Part shown: one piece after another, positions 19,271 to 27,335 of the stretch
How positions within the stretch are numbered: the first letter of the stretch is position 1
How the letters are laid out: every line of letters starts with the position of its first letter
Source: a virus
Lineage: Duplodnaviria; Caudoviricetes
DNA length: 64,000 nt
Reading direction: 5' to 3' (one strand)
IMG/VR virus record: IMGVR_UViG_2508501001_000004
Span: 1 to 64,000 of that record
The notes under the pieces: generated by a model
What the model was told of the DNA's origin: nothing
Databases searched by the model: none
Seen by the model: only the letters and a program-made list of their open reading frames with translations
Translations under genes and position numbers: made by a program

Positions 19271-19690
19271 ATGGACAAACTTATACATACTTTAACCCGT
19301 AAGTATAAAACCAATAACCCCTTCACTATCGCTGAACATCTTGGAATTCATATTCGTTTTGCTGATCTGGGGGAGCACACTCGAGGTATTTATTATAGTA
19401 AGCTCAGACGTAGATTTATCGTAATTAATTCTAGGCTGAATTCTCATTGGCAGCGATTCATATGCGCCCACGAGCTGGCACACGACAGACTTCACAGGGG
19501 TCTAAACCGCTTTTTCTTAGATAAATACTCCTTTTCAAACGCCAATAAGTACGAAAGACAGGCAAATCGATTCGCCGTTCAACTAATTTTAATTAATACA
19601 AATATACATTCAGGTGAGACCATTGAAGACTTTTTTCTTAAAAATGGCGTTCCGACCGAGATGATTAAATACTATACAAGAAACTCTTAA
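19271..19690 (+). CDS. immA: ImmA/IrrE metallopeptidase anti-repressor
   Basis: RFICAHELAH HExxH; E.QAN.FA motif. Confidence 0.9.
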   Translation: MDKLIHTLTRKYKTNNPFTIAEHLGIHIRFADLGEHTRGIYYSKLRRRFIVINSRLNSHWQRFICAHELAHDRLHRGLNRFFLDKYSFSNANKYERQANRFAVQLILINTNIHSGETIEDFFLKNGVPTEMIKYYTRNS

Positions 19691-19702
19691 GCAGATAAAT
19701 TT

Positions 19703-19981
19703 TCAGAAACCACTTGGCCATATATTTTTTACCATCTTTGAGGAACATACGTTCCATCCATTGGGGAAGGAGGATAGGAAGCGCACATCTGTTTCGTTGC
19801 TCACTAACTCATAGCCATTCAATAAGAGTTCTTCTATTAGCCTATTAATAGATTTTAAAGAAAAGTGCTTTTCGTTTACAATGTTCATTATCATGCTTTT
19901 GCTGGCCCACAATGCCAAAGAAAGGGTGATTAGAATACCAGCGAGCCCACTGAATAAAGCAATAGCTTCTTCACGAGCCAA
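19703..19981 (-). CDS. Hypothetical membrane protein (moron-like)
   Basis: N-terminal TM; no family recognised. Confidence 0.35.
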   Translation of the reverse strand: MAREEAIALFSGLAGILITLSLALWASKSMIMNIVNEKHFSLKSINRLIEELLLNGYELVSNETDVRFLSSFPNGWNVCSSKMVKNIWPSGF

Positions 19982-20096
19982 GTCATTTTTCTATTGCAGT
20001 TTTACCCCACGATTCTCCCGTATTACCCAATCCCGACTAACATACAGTGGACATACCGAATAAGCTATCATAACTTAGCATAAAGAGGTGAATTAT

Positions 20097-20186
20097 ATGC
20101 TTTTAGGCTTTTTAGGTTTACTTTTCCTGATACCGCAGATCATCGTATCTTTACTGGTAATACTAATCGCCTCCATTGGCCTATAA
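20097..20186 (+). CDS. 29-aa hydrophobic peptide
   Basis: AAAGAGGTG RBS; MLLGFLGLLFLIPQIIVSLLVILIASIGL; positional analogue of 61744-61857. Confidence 0.45.
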   Translation: MLLGFLGLLFLIPQIIVSLLVILIASIGL

Positions 20187-20217
20187 CTGTTTCAGCCTAG
20201 GTATTATACCTGGGCTA

Positions 20218-20346
20218 TTACATTGTACCCGATATTCCTTTGTTCTCCCGCATCATCCGATCAAGCACTTAAAACCCCATTGTGTCCTCATACTTAACCT
20301 TTGGATGAGGTTTAACTGGTTCTTTCTTTAGAGTCTCATTAGCCAT
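20218..20346 (-). pseudogene. Decayed paralog of 61888-62094
   Basis: KYEDTMGF*VLDRMMRENKGISGTM vs LYEESPRFKALDRLMRTNKGISGTMF. Confidence 0.65.
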
Positions 20347-20418
20347 GTTGCCTTCCTTTTTGCTACCATCCTTCCTTCACCCCTTTATTCACATTTAACT
20401 AACAGCTTATCCACCGTG

Positions 20419-20550
20419 TTATCCACATTGCCCCCAACCACAGGACGGGTTAATGCAGTGAATGCAGCCACCTTCACGAACTATTTTATTGCCGCATTCT
20501 GGGCAAGCTTCGCTCATGCTTTGGAAGATGGTCGGATTTTGCTTAGGCAT
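20419..20550 (-). CDS. Small zinc-ribbon protein (43 aa)
   Basis: CPECG..EGGCIHC...CGWGQCG; paralog of 63205-63309. Confidence 0.65.
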   Translation of the reverse strand: MPKQNPTIFQSMSEACPECGNKIVREGGCIHCINPSCGWGQCG

Positions 20551-20920
20551 CTTTTTCCCCTCCGATTACATCGAGTTCCATTTCTGCACGCGAATCCTCT
20601 TTGATGTAATAATTCCAGCTGCGTTCTTTGCAGATACGCTCTGCTACAACGCCAAATGATTTCGAATCAATTTCGCTTTTGTAGTGGTTAATATTTCTTA
20701 TTTTTAGGAATACTTCCTTTTCTACGGAATTTGGAAGATGGCTTATGTGGTACGTTACTTTTTCTTCAGCTATAACCGATTCAAAGCTAACCTAAGCTTA
20801 AATTCCCATCAATGCCGCATCCCTAAGTGTGTCTATCCTTTCTCCTAGAGAGCTGCTACTCCCCTTTGTAACACTTGTCCCCTGTCGCTCATAGACTACC
20901 CTAAGGAAGGTGAAGCGACA

Positions 20921-21094
20921 TTGTTATTACGTTGCCCTAACTGTCAGAAGATGGATCATTTAAGCAAGTGGGTCACCTGTACGTCCAAAACATTAAAAAT
21001 GAACATCCTTTCGGCTGCTAAGAATACTGAATATGTCTGTCCAAAATGTAAAAGTGTATCTCCTAGGGTAAGTATTCCACGCATTCCCCATTAA
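20921..21094 (+). CDS. Small CxxC/CxxC zinc-finger protein (57 aa)
   Basis: AAGGAAGGTG RBS, TTG start, CPNC...CPKC; sigmaK-like promoter upstream. Confidence 0.55.
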   Translation: MLLRCPNCQKMDHLSKWVTCTSKTLKMNILSAAKNTEYVCPKCKSVSPRVSIPRIPH

Positions 21095-21120
21095 GGTGAG
21101 TTCAGTTGGATCCGTGGCCT

Positions 21121-21571
21121 TCACAGATAAAATCCGTCGTACTTTCCTGGTTTTGGCGGCTCAGGAGGCTCGTCTCCTGAGCCCTTATTTTTTTGTTTGA
21201 GCTCTTTGTTGGCGTTCCACTCTTCATCACGAGCTGCAATATGCTCCAAGGTTGTAACCCCATGATTAAGCCAGCCTGTCATAATTCCCTCAAGGTAACT
21301 AAACTTGAAACCTTGCTTGATACCCGCTGAAAACCAGCAATTATACGACATTCGGATCCACGCTACCTCGTTCGATAAGCCGGTTTGTCCAATCTGTAAG
21401 TTGCTCACACTCAAACTGCTTCAGACAGCGTCTGAAGTTTTCTTCAGCGAATGAAATAGCATTAAGCTTAATGGCGTTCACACTTGCCGTTGGATCGTTC
21501 ACGCTTTCACCTGAATTGGACACAGAATCTACTGAAGAGGATGCGGAAGGTAGATTTTTATAAAAGGGCAA
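21121..21571 (-). pseudogene. DnaD-domain replication initiator remnant (frameshifted, N-terminus missing)
   Basis: KFSYLEGIMTGWLNHGVTTLEHI DnaD motif; two overlapping ORFs joined by 1-nt deletions near 21330-21345. Confidence 0.65.
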
Positions 21572-21708
21572 TTTTGATTCGTTTCACCCTTGTGTTGTCC
21601 TTAGATAGTATCCTCTAATGGTCTTAGAGCATTGTCGTTCAATTTAATCGACCTTAATTTTTTTGTGTGATATTCTTGGGTGGCCCACGCGATTAGCGGA
21701 GAGCGGGG

Positions 21709-21737
21709 AAGCCGGAGTCGGAAGCTCCGGCTTTTTT
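21709..21737 (+). terminator. Intrinsic terminator
   Basis: AAGCCGGAG-loop-CTCCGGCTT plus T-run. Confidence 0.75.
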
Positions 21738-22732
21738 CATTCAGTAAGAGTAACTTGAATAGGTTCACTTTTAAGCTTAATACTTTGAGTTCTATTTTCA
21801 TAAACTATAACTGCTTTATACTCGCCACTAGGAACACCGTCAAACCAAAAAGATGGCAGTTGTTCGGGAATCTCTGGATGATCAGTATTGACCTTTAAAG
21901 TCGTACTATAAGAGCTGGTAGCTGATGTCAAGATCAAAGTTCGATCAATGTTCCCTTCTATGTCTGGTTGGACATATTGTAGTACAAAATTAGTTTTGGA
22001 TACTATCGTGTTGTCTTGTGGAATCAATATTTCAGGAGACTTTACTGGGCTTTCGTCAATAGTCACATTGACCTTTGGCATATATTTTGGAACATTATAA
22101 CCCGTTGATGGATCAAGTATATATACTGTAATTTCATAACGATGACCTATTATTAAATGACCCTTGGGTAATATGAAACTGTTTTTATCGGCAGGCACAT
22201 TAGCTGTATAATTGCGAAGATATGGCAGCGCTGTATCCCTGTCTGTAACATCTACAGTGTAACTCGTAGCACCCAGAACCGGAGTCCAGATTATTTCAAT
22301 ATCGCCATAAGGCAGTATAGCTCCATCTTTAGGATAAATGATACGTATAGATGGATCCGTTAAATAAATAGGATAGAGCTGAATTGCTTGACCAATCCTC
22401 AACCTTTGGGGATCAAGGCCTGGATTAGCAGCGATGAGCCCTGAAAGAGACGTGTTATTTGCGCGAGCTATTTTGTAAAATGTATCACCCGGTTTGATAA
22501 TGTAAATTTTATAGGCAGTACTCTGACGCTGTAGATACCCCCAGGTTATTGGCCCTACTATTCCATCGTGAACAAGTCCGTAGTCTTTTTGAAATTGGAT
22601 TACTGCAGACGCTGTTTTTACTCCAAAAATCCCATCAGTTATCCCTGGATTATAGTTCAAGATACTTAAAGTGGACTGTAATTGAATAACATCTTCTCCA
22701 GTCGATCCTATACGTAATATTCGCAACTCCAT
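21737..22732 (-). CDS. PG_binding_1 + LysM + Ig/FN3-like protein, no catalytic domain recognised
   Basis: DGIFG..T.SAV..FQ...GL..DGIVGP.TW; YIIKPGDTFYKIA..N. Confidence 0.8.
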   Translation of the reverse strand: MELRILRIGSTGEDVIQLQSTLSILNYNPGITDGIFGVKTASAVIQFQKDYGLVHDGIVGPITWGYLQRQSTAYKIYIIKPGDTFYKIARANNTSLSGLIAANPGLDPQRLRIGQAIQLYPIYLTDPSIRIIYPKDGAILPYGDIEIIWTPVLGATSYTVDVTDRDTALPYLRNYTANVPADKNSFILPKGHLIIGHRYEITVYILDPSTGYNVPKYMPKVNVTIDESPVKSPEILIPQDNTIVSKTNFVLQYVQPDIEGNIDRTLILTSATSSYSTTLKVNTDHPEIPEQLPSFWFDGVPSGEYKAVIVYENRTQSIKLKSEPIQVTLTE

Positions 22733-23196
22733 CACCCCTGCTGCATTATACCCTTATACAATATGTTATTTATAAAGGTATAGTGTTTCTCAGGGATATC
22801 GTAGGCTGCGATCTCCTTAGTCCCCCCAAAAATAGGCTCAGCATTCTCTACTGCTGAGCGTAGCTTTATCCTGTCCCAAACATCCCTCATATAGGTTTCT
22901 CTGGGGCGAATATGTCCTGATACTTTGAGTTTTCCAGAGTAGGGTGCATCCTTATCAAAGAAGAAGATGCAAGAAACATAAAAAGCACCGTCCTAAACGG
23001 TGCTCAACTTACCCAAGAAAGCCGAAAAGCCCAGCATTGCTGGGCTTCGTATGTTCATTCATTGTATCAAAGATTGAGTACTTATTGGTGGAGGCGACCT
23101 TACACTATATAAAACCCTGCAATATAAGGCGATATTCAAGTAGGAAAATAAAGGATTTTAGACCTTCCCCTAGAATAAAGTTTCTAGGTGATGCGT

Positions 23197-23454
23197 ATGG
23201 ATAGTAGTTTAAGAAAAAAGCCAAGAATTCAAAATAACCTTCGATATTACCGGGAAAAACTCGGAGTCACTCAAAAAGAGATGGAGTATCGAACTGGTGT
23301 CGGAAATCGTCACTGGCCCTCCTACGAAAATGGGACTCACGAGCCTAAGGTTTCATTGGCTCAGTGCATGGCGGCTGCATTTAATGATATAGCCGCCGAA
23401 AAAGAAATTGAATTAAAAAGGTTAACAGTCGATGATCTGTACCCCCCTCAATAG
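23197..23454 (+). CDS. XRE-family HTH regulator
   Basis: LGVTQKEMEYRTGVGNRHWPSYENG; CCTAGAA-N6-TTCTAGG palindrome over its RBS. Confidence 0.75.
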   Translation: MDSSLRKKPRIQNNLRYYREKLGVTQKEMEYRTGVGNRHWPSYENGTHEPKVSLAQCMAAAFNDIAAEKEIELKRLTVDDLYPPQ

Positions 23455-23481
23455 ACTTCCACAAAAAGGAAGTCTATTTTT
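23450..23481 (+). terminator. Intrinsic terminator
   Basis: AATAGACTTCC-loop-GGAAGTCTATT plus T-run. Confidence 0.75.
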
Positions 23482-23569
23482 TATGCCCTTATGGAATACA
23501 TCGCGGTTTTTTGAGTATCAATTACTAACTATTTAGTATTACTAAACATTTAGTAAAGGAGCTGATCCC

Positions 23570-23782
23570 ATGGAGCAACTTAAAGTCACCAGTGTCTCCT
23601 TGACCCCCGACCAAATCACCTATACCAAGGGCAAAGGCAACACCAGCCGCTACATCCGCAGCCTCATTGACCGCGAGATGGGCAACGAGCAAGCCGCAGA
23701 GCGGTGTCAGGCGCTGGTAAGGGCGTACCAGAGCATTATTGACCGACAAAAACAAAAAGAGTCCGGGGACCCGGACCGATGA
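23570..23782 (+). CDS. Small ribbon-helix-helix-like protein
   Basis: AAAGGAG RBS; VTSVSL..DQ..Y...N.SRYIRSLID pattern. Confidence 0.5.
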   Translation: MEQLKVTSVSLTPDQITYTKGKGNTSRYIRSLIDREMGNEQAAERCQALVRAYQSIIDRQKQKESGDPDR

Positions 23783-23879
23783 GCGCAGACTTTGCCTATG
23801 TAAGTTTATCGTCTATAAACTTTATGCGACAGCTACCCCGAAATATGTCTACGAGCAAGCATAAAGGGAGGAAAATCAA

Positions 23880-24200
23880 ATGTTAAGATTAACCAGCCAT
23901 TTTCGAAGGCATAAAACGCTCTGTATTCAGGTGGGAATTACGGCGGTCGTTATGTTCCTCTCCCCTACCGTTGCCCTCGCTTCAAGTGTTGATGACGGGG
24001 GAATGAAAATATACTGGAAGATCGTTAATGTAGGTAAATATGTGATTTTGGTTAAAGGTGCGGTTAACTCTATTCAGTCCGTTTTGGATGGGGATTACGA
24101 AAAAGCAAAGCACCAGTTTATAGGGTATCTTATATGTTTCGGAGCAATGCTTGCTCTCCCTGGAGCTTTAAATCAGATAGAGGAGTTGTTTAAGTCATGA
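23880..24200 (+). CDS. VirB2/TrbC pilin-like membrane protein
   Basis: Signal peptide ending VALA, two hydrophobic helices around GDYEKAK. Confidence 0.55.
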   Translation: MLRLTSHFRRHKTLCIQVGITAVVMFLSPTVALASSVDDGGMKIYWKIVNVGKYVILVKGAVNSIQSVLDGDYEKAKHQFIGYLICFGAMLALPGALNQIEELFKS

Positions 24201-24826
24201 TTATTGCGGCTTTAAAGACCGGAGTTATTTTAGCAATTGTAACAATGGTTATGACGAAGCCGGTTTTATTCATGAGCTACATGCATGTTATTGTTCTACT
24301 TGGCTGTACGTCGTTAATCGTTCTATACGTAGGAGGATTCAGGCCGGGTATCAGATGGGTCGGTATAACTTTAGTGGGATACATTCTGCTTCACATTTTC
24401 ATTGATGTAAACGGCAACGGAGAGACTTTCGTCAAAGGGGAATATATTGCTCCTGTAATTGGTCCTGTATCCAGCCCTTACGGACCGCGTGCCTCTTCCC
24501 CTGACGGTTTTCATTACGGTATCGACTTCGCCGTTCCCGAAGGAACCAGAGTGCTTGCGAGTAAGCCTGGTACAATATGCTTTGCCGGGTATAAGGGAAA
24601 TATCGTTGGGAACGTTGTAGAAATCAACCATCAAGACGGGGCGCAGACTATGTACGCGCATAACAGCCAGGTTTTAGTTTACGTAGGCCAATCCGTGCAA
24701 CAAGGTGACGTAATAGCTTTAAGCGGTAACACAGGCCGTAGCACTGGACCACATGTGCATTTTGAAATAAGGCTGGATAACGGGAAAACCTCAGTAGATC
24801 CTGCACCTCACTTAAATTTACAGTAA
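24197..24826 (+). CDS. Multi-TM protein fused to M23 peptidase
   Basis: HYGID, YAHN, STGPHVHFE M23 motifs; hydrophobic N-terminal ~70 aa. Confidence 0.85.
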   Translation: MIIAALKTGVILAIVTMVMTKPVLFMSYMHVIVLLGCTSLIVLYVGGFRPGIRWVGITLVGYILLHIFIDVNGNGETFVKGEYIAPVIGPVSSPYGPRASSPDGFHYGIDFAVPEGTRVLASKPGTICFAGYKGNIVGNVVEINHQDGAQTMYAHNSQVLVYVGQSVQQGDVIALSGNTGRSTGPHVHFEIRLDNGKTSVDPAPHLNLQ

Positions 24827-24838
24827 GGAGGCGACACA

Positions 24839-27196
24839 ATGAAGTCAATTAAACTTTGCGACTATATAGCAATCGTAAAGCCTTCCTACGTTTATTTAAA
24901 GCTTACACCTAATAACTCGATACGAAATAACACTTCCAATAATTTGGCAAAAACTATAGGCTCTCTTTACAAAACCTTTCATCAAAGCATAAAAATTGAA
25001 CACAAAAAATTAATTAAATTATTCGGGAAGAAATTCGTCTTGGGTTCCAAGTATTCTTTAATACTAAACCCCAAAGTTAGCTATTACATTTATATAGAAA
25101 AGAAACGGATCGAGTTTTACTTTATTGTTCCAGAGCAGTCTCAAAGCATTATTAAAGAAAAAATGACAGATTCCTGGAATAACGTAACAGTCCAAGCTGT
25201 GAATGAACTTCCAGGCTTCAACGAAGACGTCACTACCTACCAATTAGACTACTCAAAAGAAGATGGTCTCAGTCTTGCCGTTGACAAACGCAGTAACAGT
25301 CTCTTAGAAAGTAACCTTAATATAGTAGACATCATGCATGAAGGCGATAAAGTGGGGATCTTTTATAACTTTATTCCTACATCCCAACGAAGCTGGTTAA
25401 GTGAATATAAGGCTACCATCACTAAAGTACGCAAAGAGCAACCTGTAGATAAAAATAAGACTGGTATTATTTACTTATTTAAGCTGGCATTCTCCCTTTT
25501 ATCGGGGCTTGTAGACGATGTCGGCGGGTTCCTTGGTGATGACAGCCGTCAAAAATACTTAGTTAGGTATGAAAAGAACAATGCCTCTATTCTAGAGCAA
25601 ACATTACGTAGCGCAATTAATCATAAAGTAGTGTCTAATGCAACCGTAACTAAAGGCAAGCACATGGTACTAAATATTCAAGCTATCGTACTGAGTGAAA
25701 GTAAGGACGACCTACACCAGCGAAATAACGCAATAGCTCTAGCCCAAAGCTACGACTGCATAGGTGAAGATAATAGCTTACGACACCGAAAGTACAAAGG
25801 TAAATTCCATCACTTAGATACTAAGATTAAAGGGGCTGCTACGATGAAAGTAAGCGTTTACGAATGCGGCAACTTCTTGGCGCTCCCTGGACGTGAATTA
25901 CTTGAAAAACACAAGTTTATTGAAAAGGTAGAGACATTAGAGACTGAGGTGCCGGACGAACTCCTAAAGGGAGTAATGTGCTTAGGCGAAAACACGTACA
26001 AAGGCTATACACAAAAGGTCTACATGAGTACAGATTTTGATTATCAAATGCTTTCGCTGGTACTCATCGGGCCTAACCGGGCAGGCAAATCGAAGTTCCT
26101 TGCAAACATAGCCCGGGATGCTATTGAGGCAGGAGAGTGCGTAATCATCCCCGACTACATCGGGAGCTGCCAGCTAAGTGAAGAAATCGCAACAACCTTC
26201 CCAAGAGATAAAGTTCTGGAGATTAGGTGTGATCACTGGGATACGTTGCAAGGGCTTGGCTATAATGAGGTTCCACGAAGCACAACCCATTTTATCCAGT
26301 ACAAAAATGCTAAGGAGCAATCGGCTCTACTGATGACGCTCGTTGATAGCATTAATGCTGACGATGCAAACTTCACGGCTAAAATGGGGAGATATTTTGA
26401 AAGCGCGGCATTAGCGGTATTCCTGTCTAATGGTAATATAAAAGACGTATTCGCCACTCTAATTAATTACAAAGTCAGGAAGTCATTTATAGACCGAATA
26501 CCTGCAGAGCAAATGGAAAACATGGAAGAGTATATCGATTACCTACATGAGCTGGATAACGTTGAAAAAGGCAAGGTAGTTGGCACCAAGATGCACTTAA
26601 TTACCGGTGCTGTAGATAGGCTACAAAAGCTTAAGGTTAATGCTTATATCGAGACCATGCTTAAAAAAGGAACTGAGAATAATATTGATCTGGTTAAGGA
26701 AATGCAGAAAAACCAGCTTATAGTTATTAAGATGCCTCAGCGTATGTTTCTGACCGACAATGAGAAAGACGTTTATGTAACTTATTGGCTCACTAAGATA
26801 TGGCTTGCCCTGCAGATCCGGGAAGAGCAGATTCAAGATAGACGCAAAATGACTAAGGTAAACTTAATTATCGATGAGCTCTACCAAGTGAACAATGCGG
26901 AGAAATTCCTCAAGCTGAAACTTAGCCAGCTCCCGAAGTTTAATCTTAAACCTATCATCAGCTGCCATTACCTCAACCAAGTTAAGACTATCCGCGAAGA
27001 ATTCAGGAGCGCCAATGCGTCATATATGCTCATCAGCGGATGTGATAAAAAGAATTATGATGAGTTGAAAAGCGAACTATACCCCTATACGGAAGAAGAC
27101 TTGTTAAGCCTTAAGCGCTTTCACAGCTTGAACCTGATGAAGTGCAATGAAGGATACGCGAAGTTCATAACTAGCTTACCGGCACCTATTTCTTAA
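24839..27196 (+). CDS. Large HerA/VirD4/VirB4-superfamily P-loop ATPase
   Basis: Walker A GPNRAGKS, CVIIPD strand, Walker B LIIDE, ISCHYLNQ. Confidence 0.75.
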   Translation: MKSIKLCDYIAIVKPSYVYLKLTPNNSIRNNTSNNLAKTIGSLYKTFHQSIKIEHKKLIKLFGKKFVLGSKYSLILNPKVSYYIYIEKKRIEFYFIVPEQSQSIIKEKMTDSWNNVTVQAVNELPGFNEDVTTYQLDYSKEDGLSLAVDKRSNSLLESNLNIVDIMHEGDKVGIFYNFIPTSQRSWLSEYKATITKVRKEQPVDKNKTGIIYLFKLAFSLLSGLVDDVGGFLGDDSRQKYLVRYEKNNASILEQTLRSAINHKVVSNATVTKGKHMVLNIQAIVLSESKDDLHQRNNAIALAQSYDCIGEDNSLRHRKYKGKFHHLDTKIKGAATMKVSVYECGNFLALPGRELLEKHKFIEKVETLETEVPDELLKGVMCLGENTYKGYTQKVYMSTDFDYQMLSLVLIGPNRAGKSKFLANIARDAIEAGECVIIPDYIGSCQLSEEIATTFPRDKVLEIRCDHWDTLQGLGYNEVPRSTTHFIQYKNAKEQSALLMTLVDSINADDANFTAKMGRYFESAALAVFLSNGNIKDVFATLINYKVRKSFIDRIPAEQMENMEEYIDYLHELDNVEKGKVVGTKMHLITGAVDRLQKLKVNAYIETMLKKGTENNIDLVKEMQKNQLIVIKMPQRMFLTDNEKDVYVTYWLTKIWLALQIREEQIQDRRKMTKVNLIIDELYQVNNAEKFLKLKLSQLPKFNLKPIISCHYLNQVKTIREEFRSANASYMLISGCDKKNYDELKSELYPYTEEDLLSLKRFHSLNLMKCNEGYAKFITSLPAPIS

Positions 27197-27262
27197 ATAA
27201 AAAAGCAGAACCCCAGTGCTGCCCTAAACACCAGGTTTCTGCTCCAGCGATATATTCTTAAC
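27197..27262 (-). ncRNA. Putative sigmaK-driven small RNA convergent with ATPase gene
   Basis: GTCAC-N17-CATATAGT at 27297-27268 followed by an AGCAGAA/TTCTGCT hairpin and T6. Confidence 0.45.
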
Positions 27263-27301
27263 ACTACACTATATGTCCATGCCCCAGGATGTGTGACAAA
27301 G

Positions 27302-27329
27302 CGCCGGCTAATTGCCGGCGTCTTTTTTG
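27302..27329. terminator. Bidirectional terminator
   Basis: GCGCCGGC-loop-GCCGGCGT with T-runs. Confidence 0.7.
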
Positions 27330-27335
27330 CCGAGA

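Larger units (their letters stand above)
1..19690 (-). mobile_element. Headless PBSX/diffocin-like contractile tail locus (defective prophage / putative tailocin)
   Basis: Complete sheath-tube-TMP-baseplate-fibre-lysis operon plus ImmA/CI/Cro/late activator; no terminase, capsid or connectors; portal, scaffold and MuF are remnants only. Confidence 0.85.

Noticed and set aside
1-19690. Element 1 as a complete prophage
   Set aside because: Terminases, capsid and connectors are absent at their syntenic positions and portal/scaffold are damaged
21580-21740. att site of element 2
   Set aside because: No tRNA/tmRNA fragment or duplicated core can be confirmed because the other prophage end and the integrase lie outside the window
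23165-23188. dif/Xer site (TTCCCCTAGAAT resembles a Firmicutes dif arm)
   Set aside because: The other arm does not match dif; the perfect CCTAGAA/TTCTAGG palindrome over the XRE RBS is better explained as an operator
22944-23204. 86-aa plus-strand ORF
   Set aside because: No RBS, biased basic composition, overlaps hairpin-rich regulatory DNA and the XRE start
23570-27196. Integrative conjugative element or inovirus
   Set aside because: No relaxase, integrase, rolling-circle Rep, VirB6/VirB8 or Zot-like morphogenesis gene visible; kept instead as an orphan module
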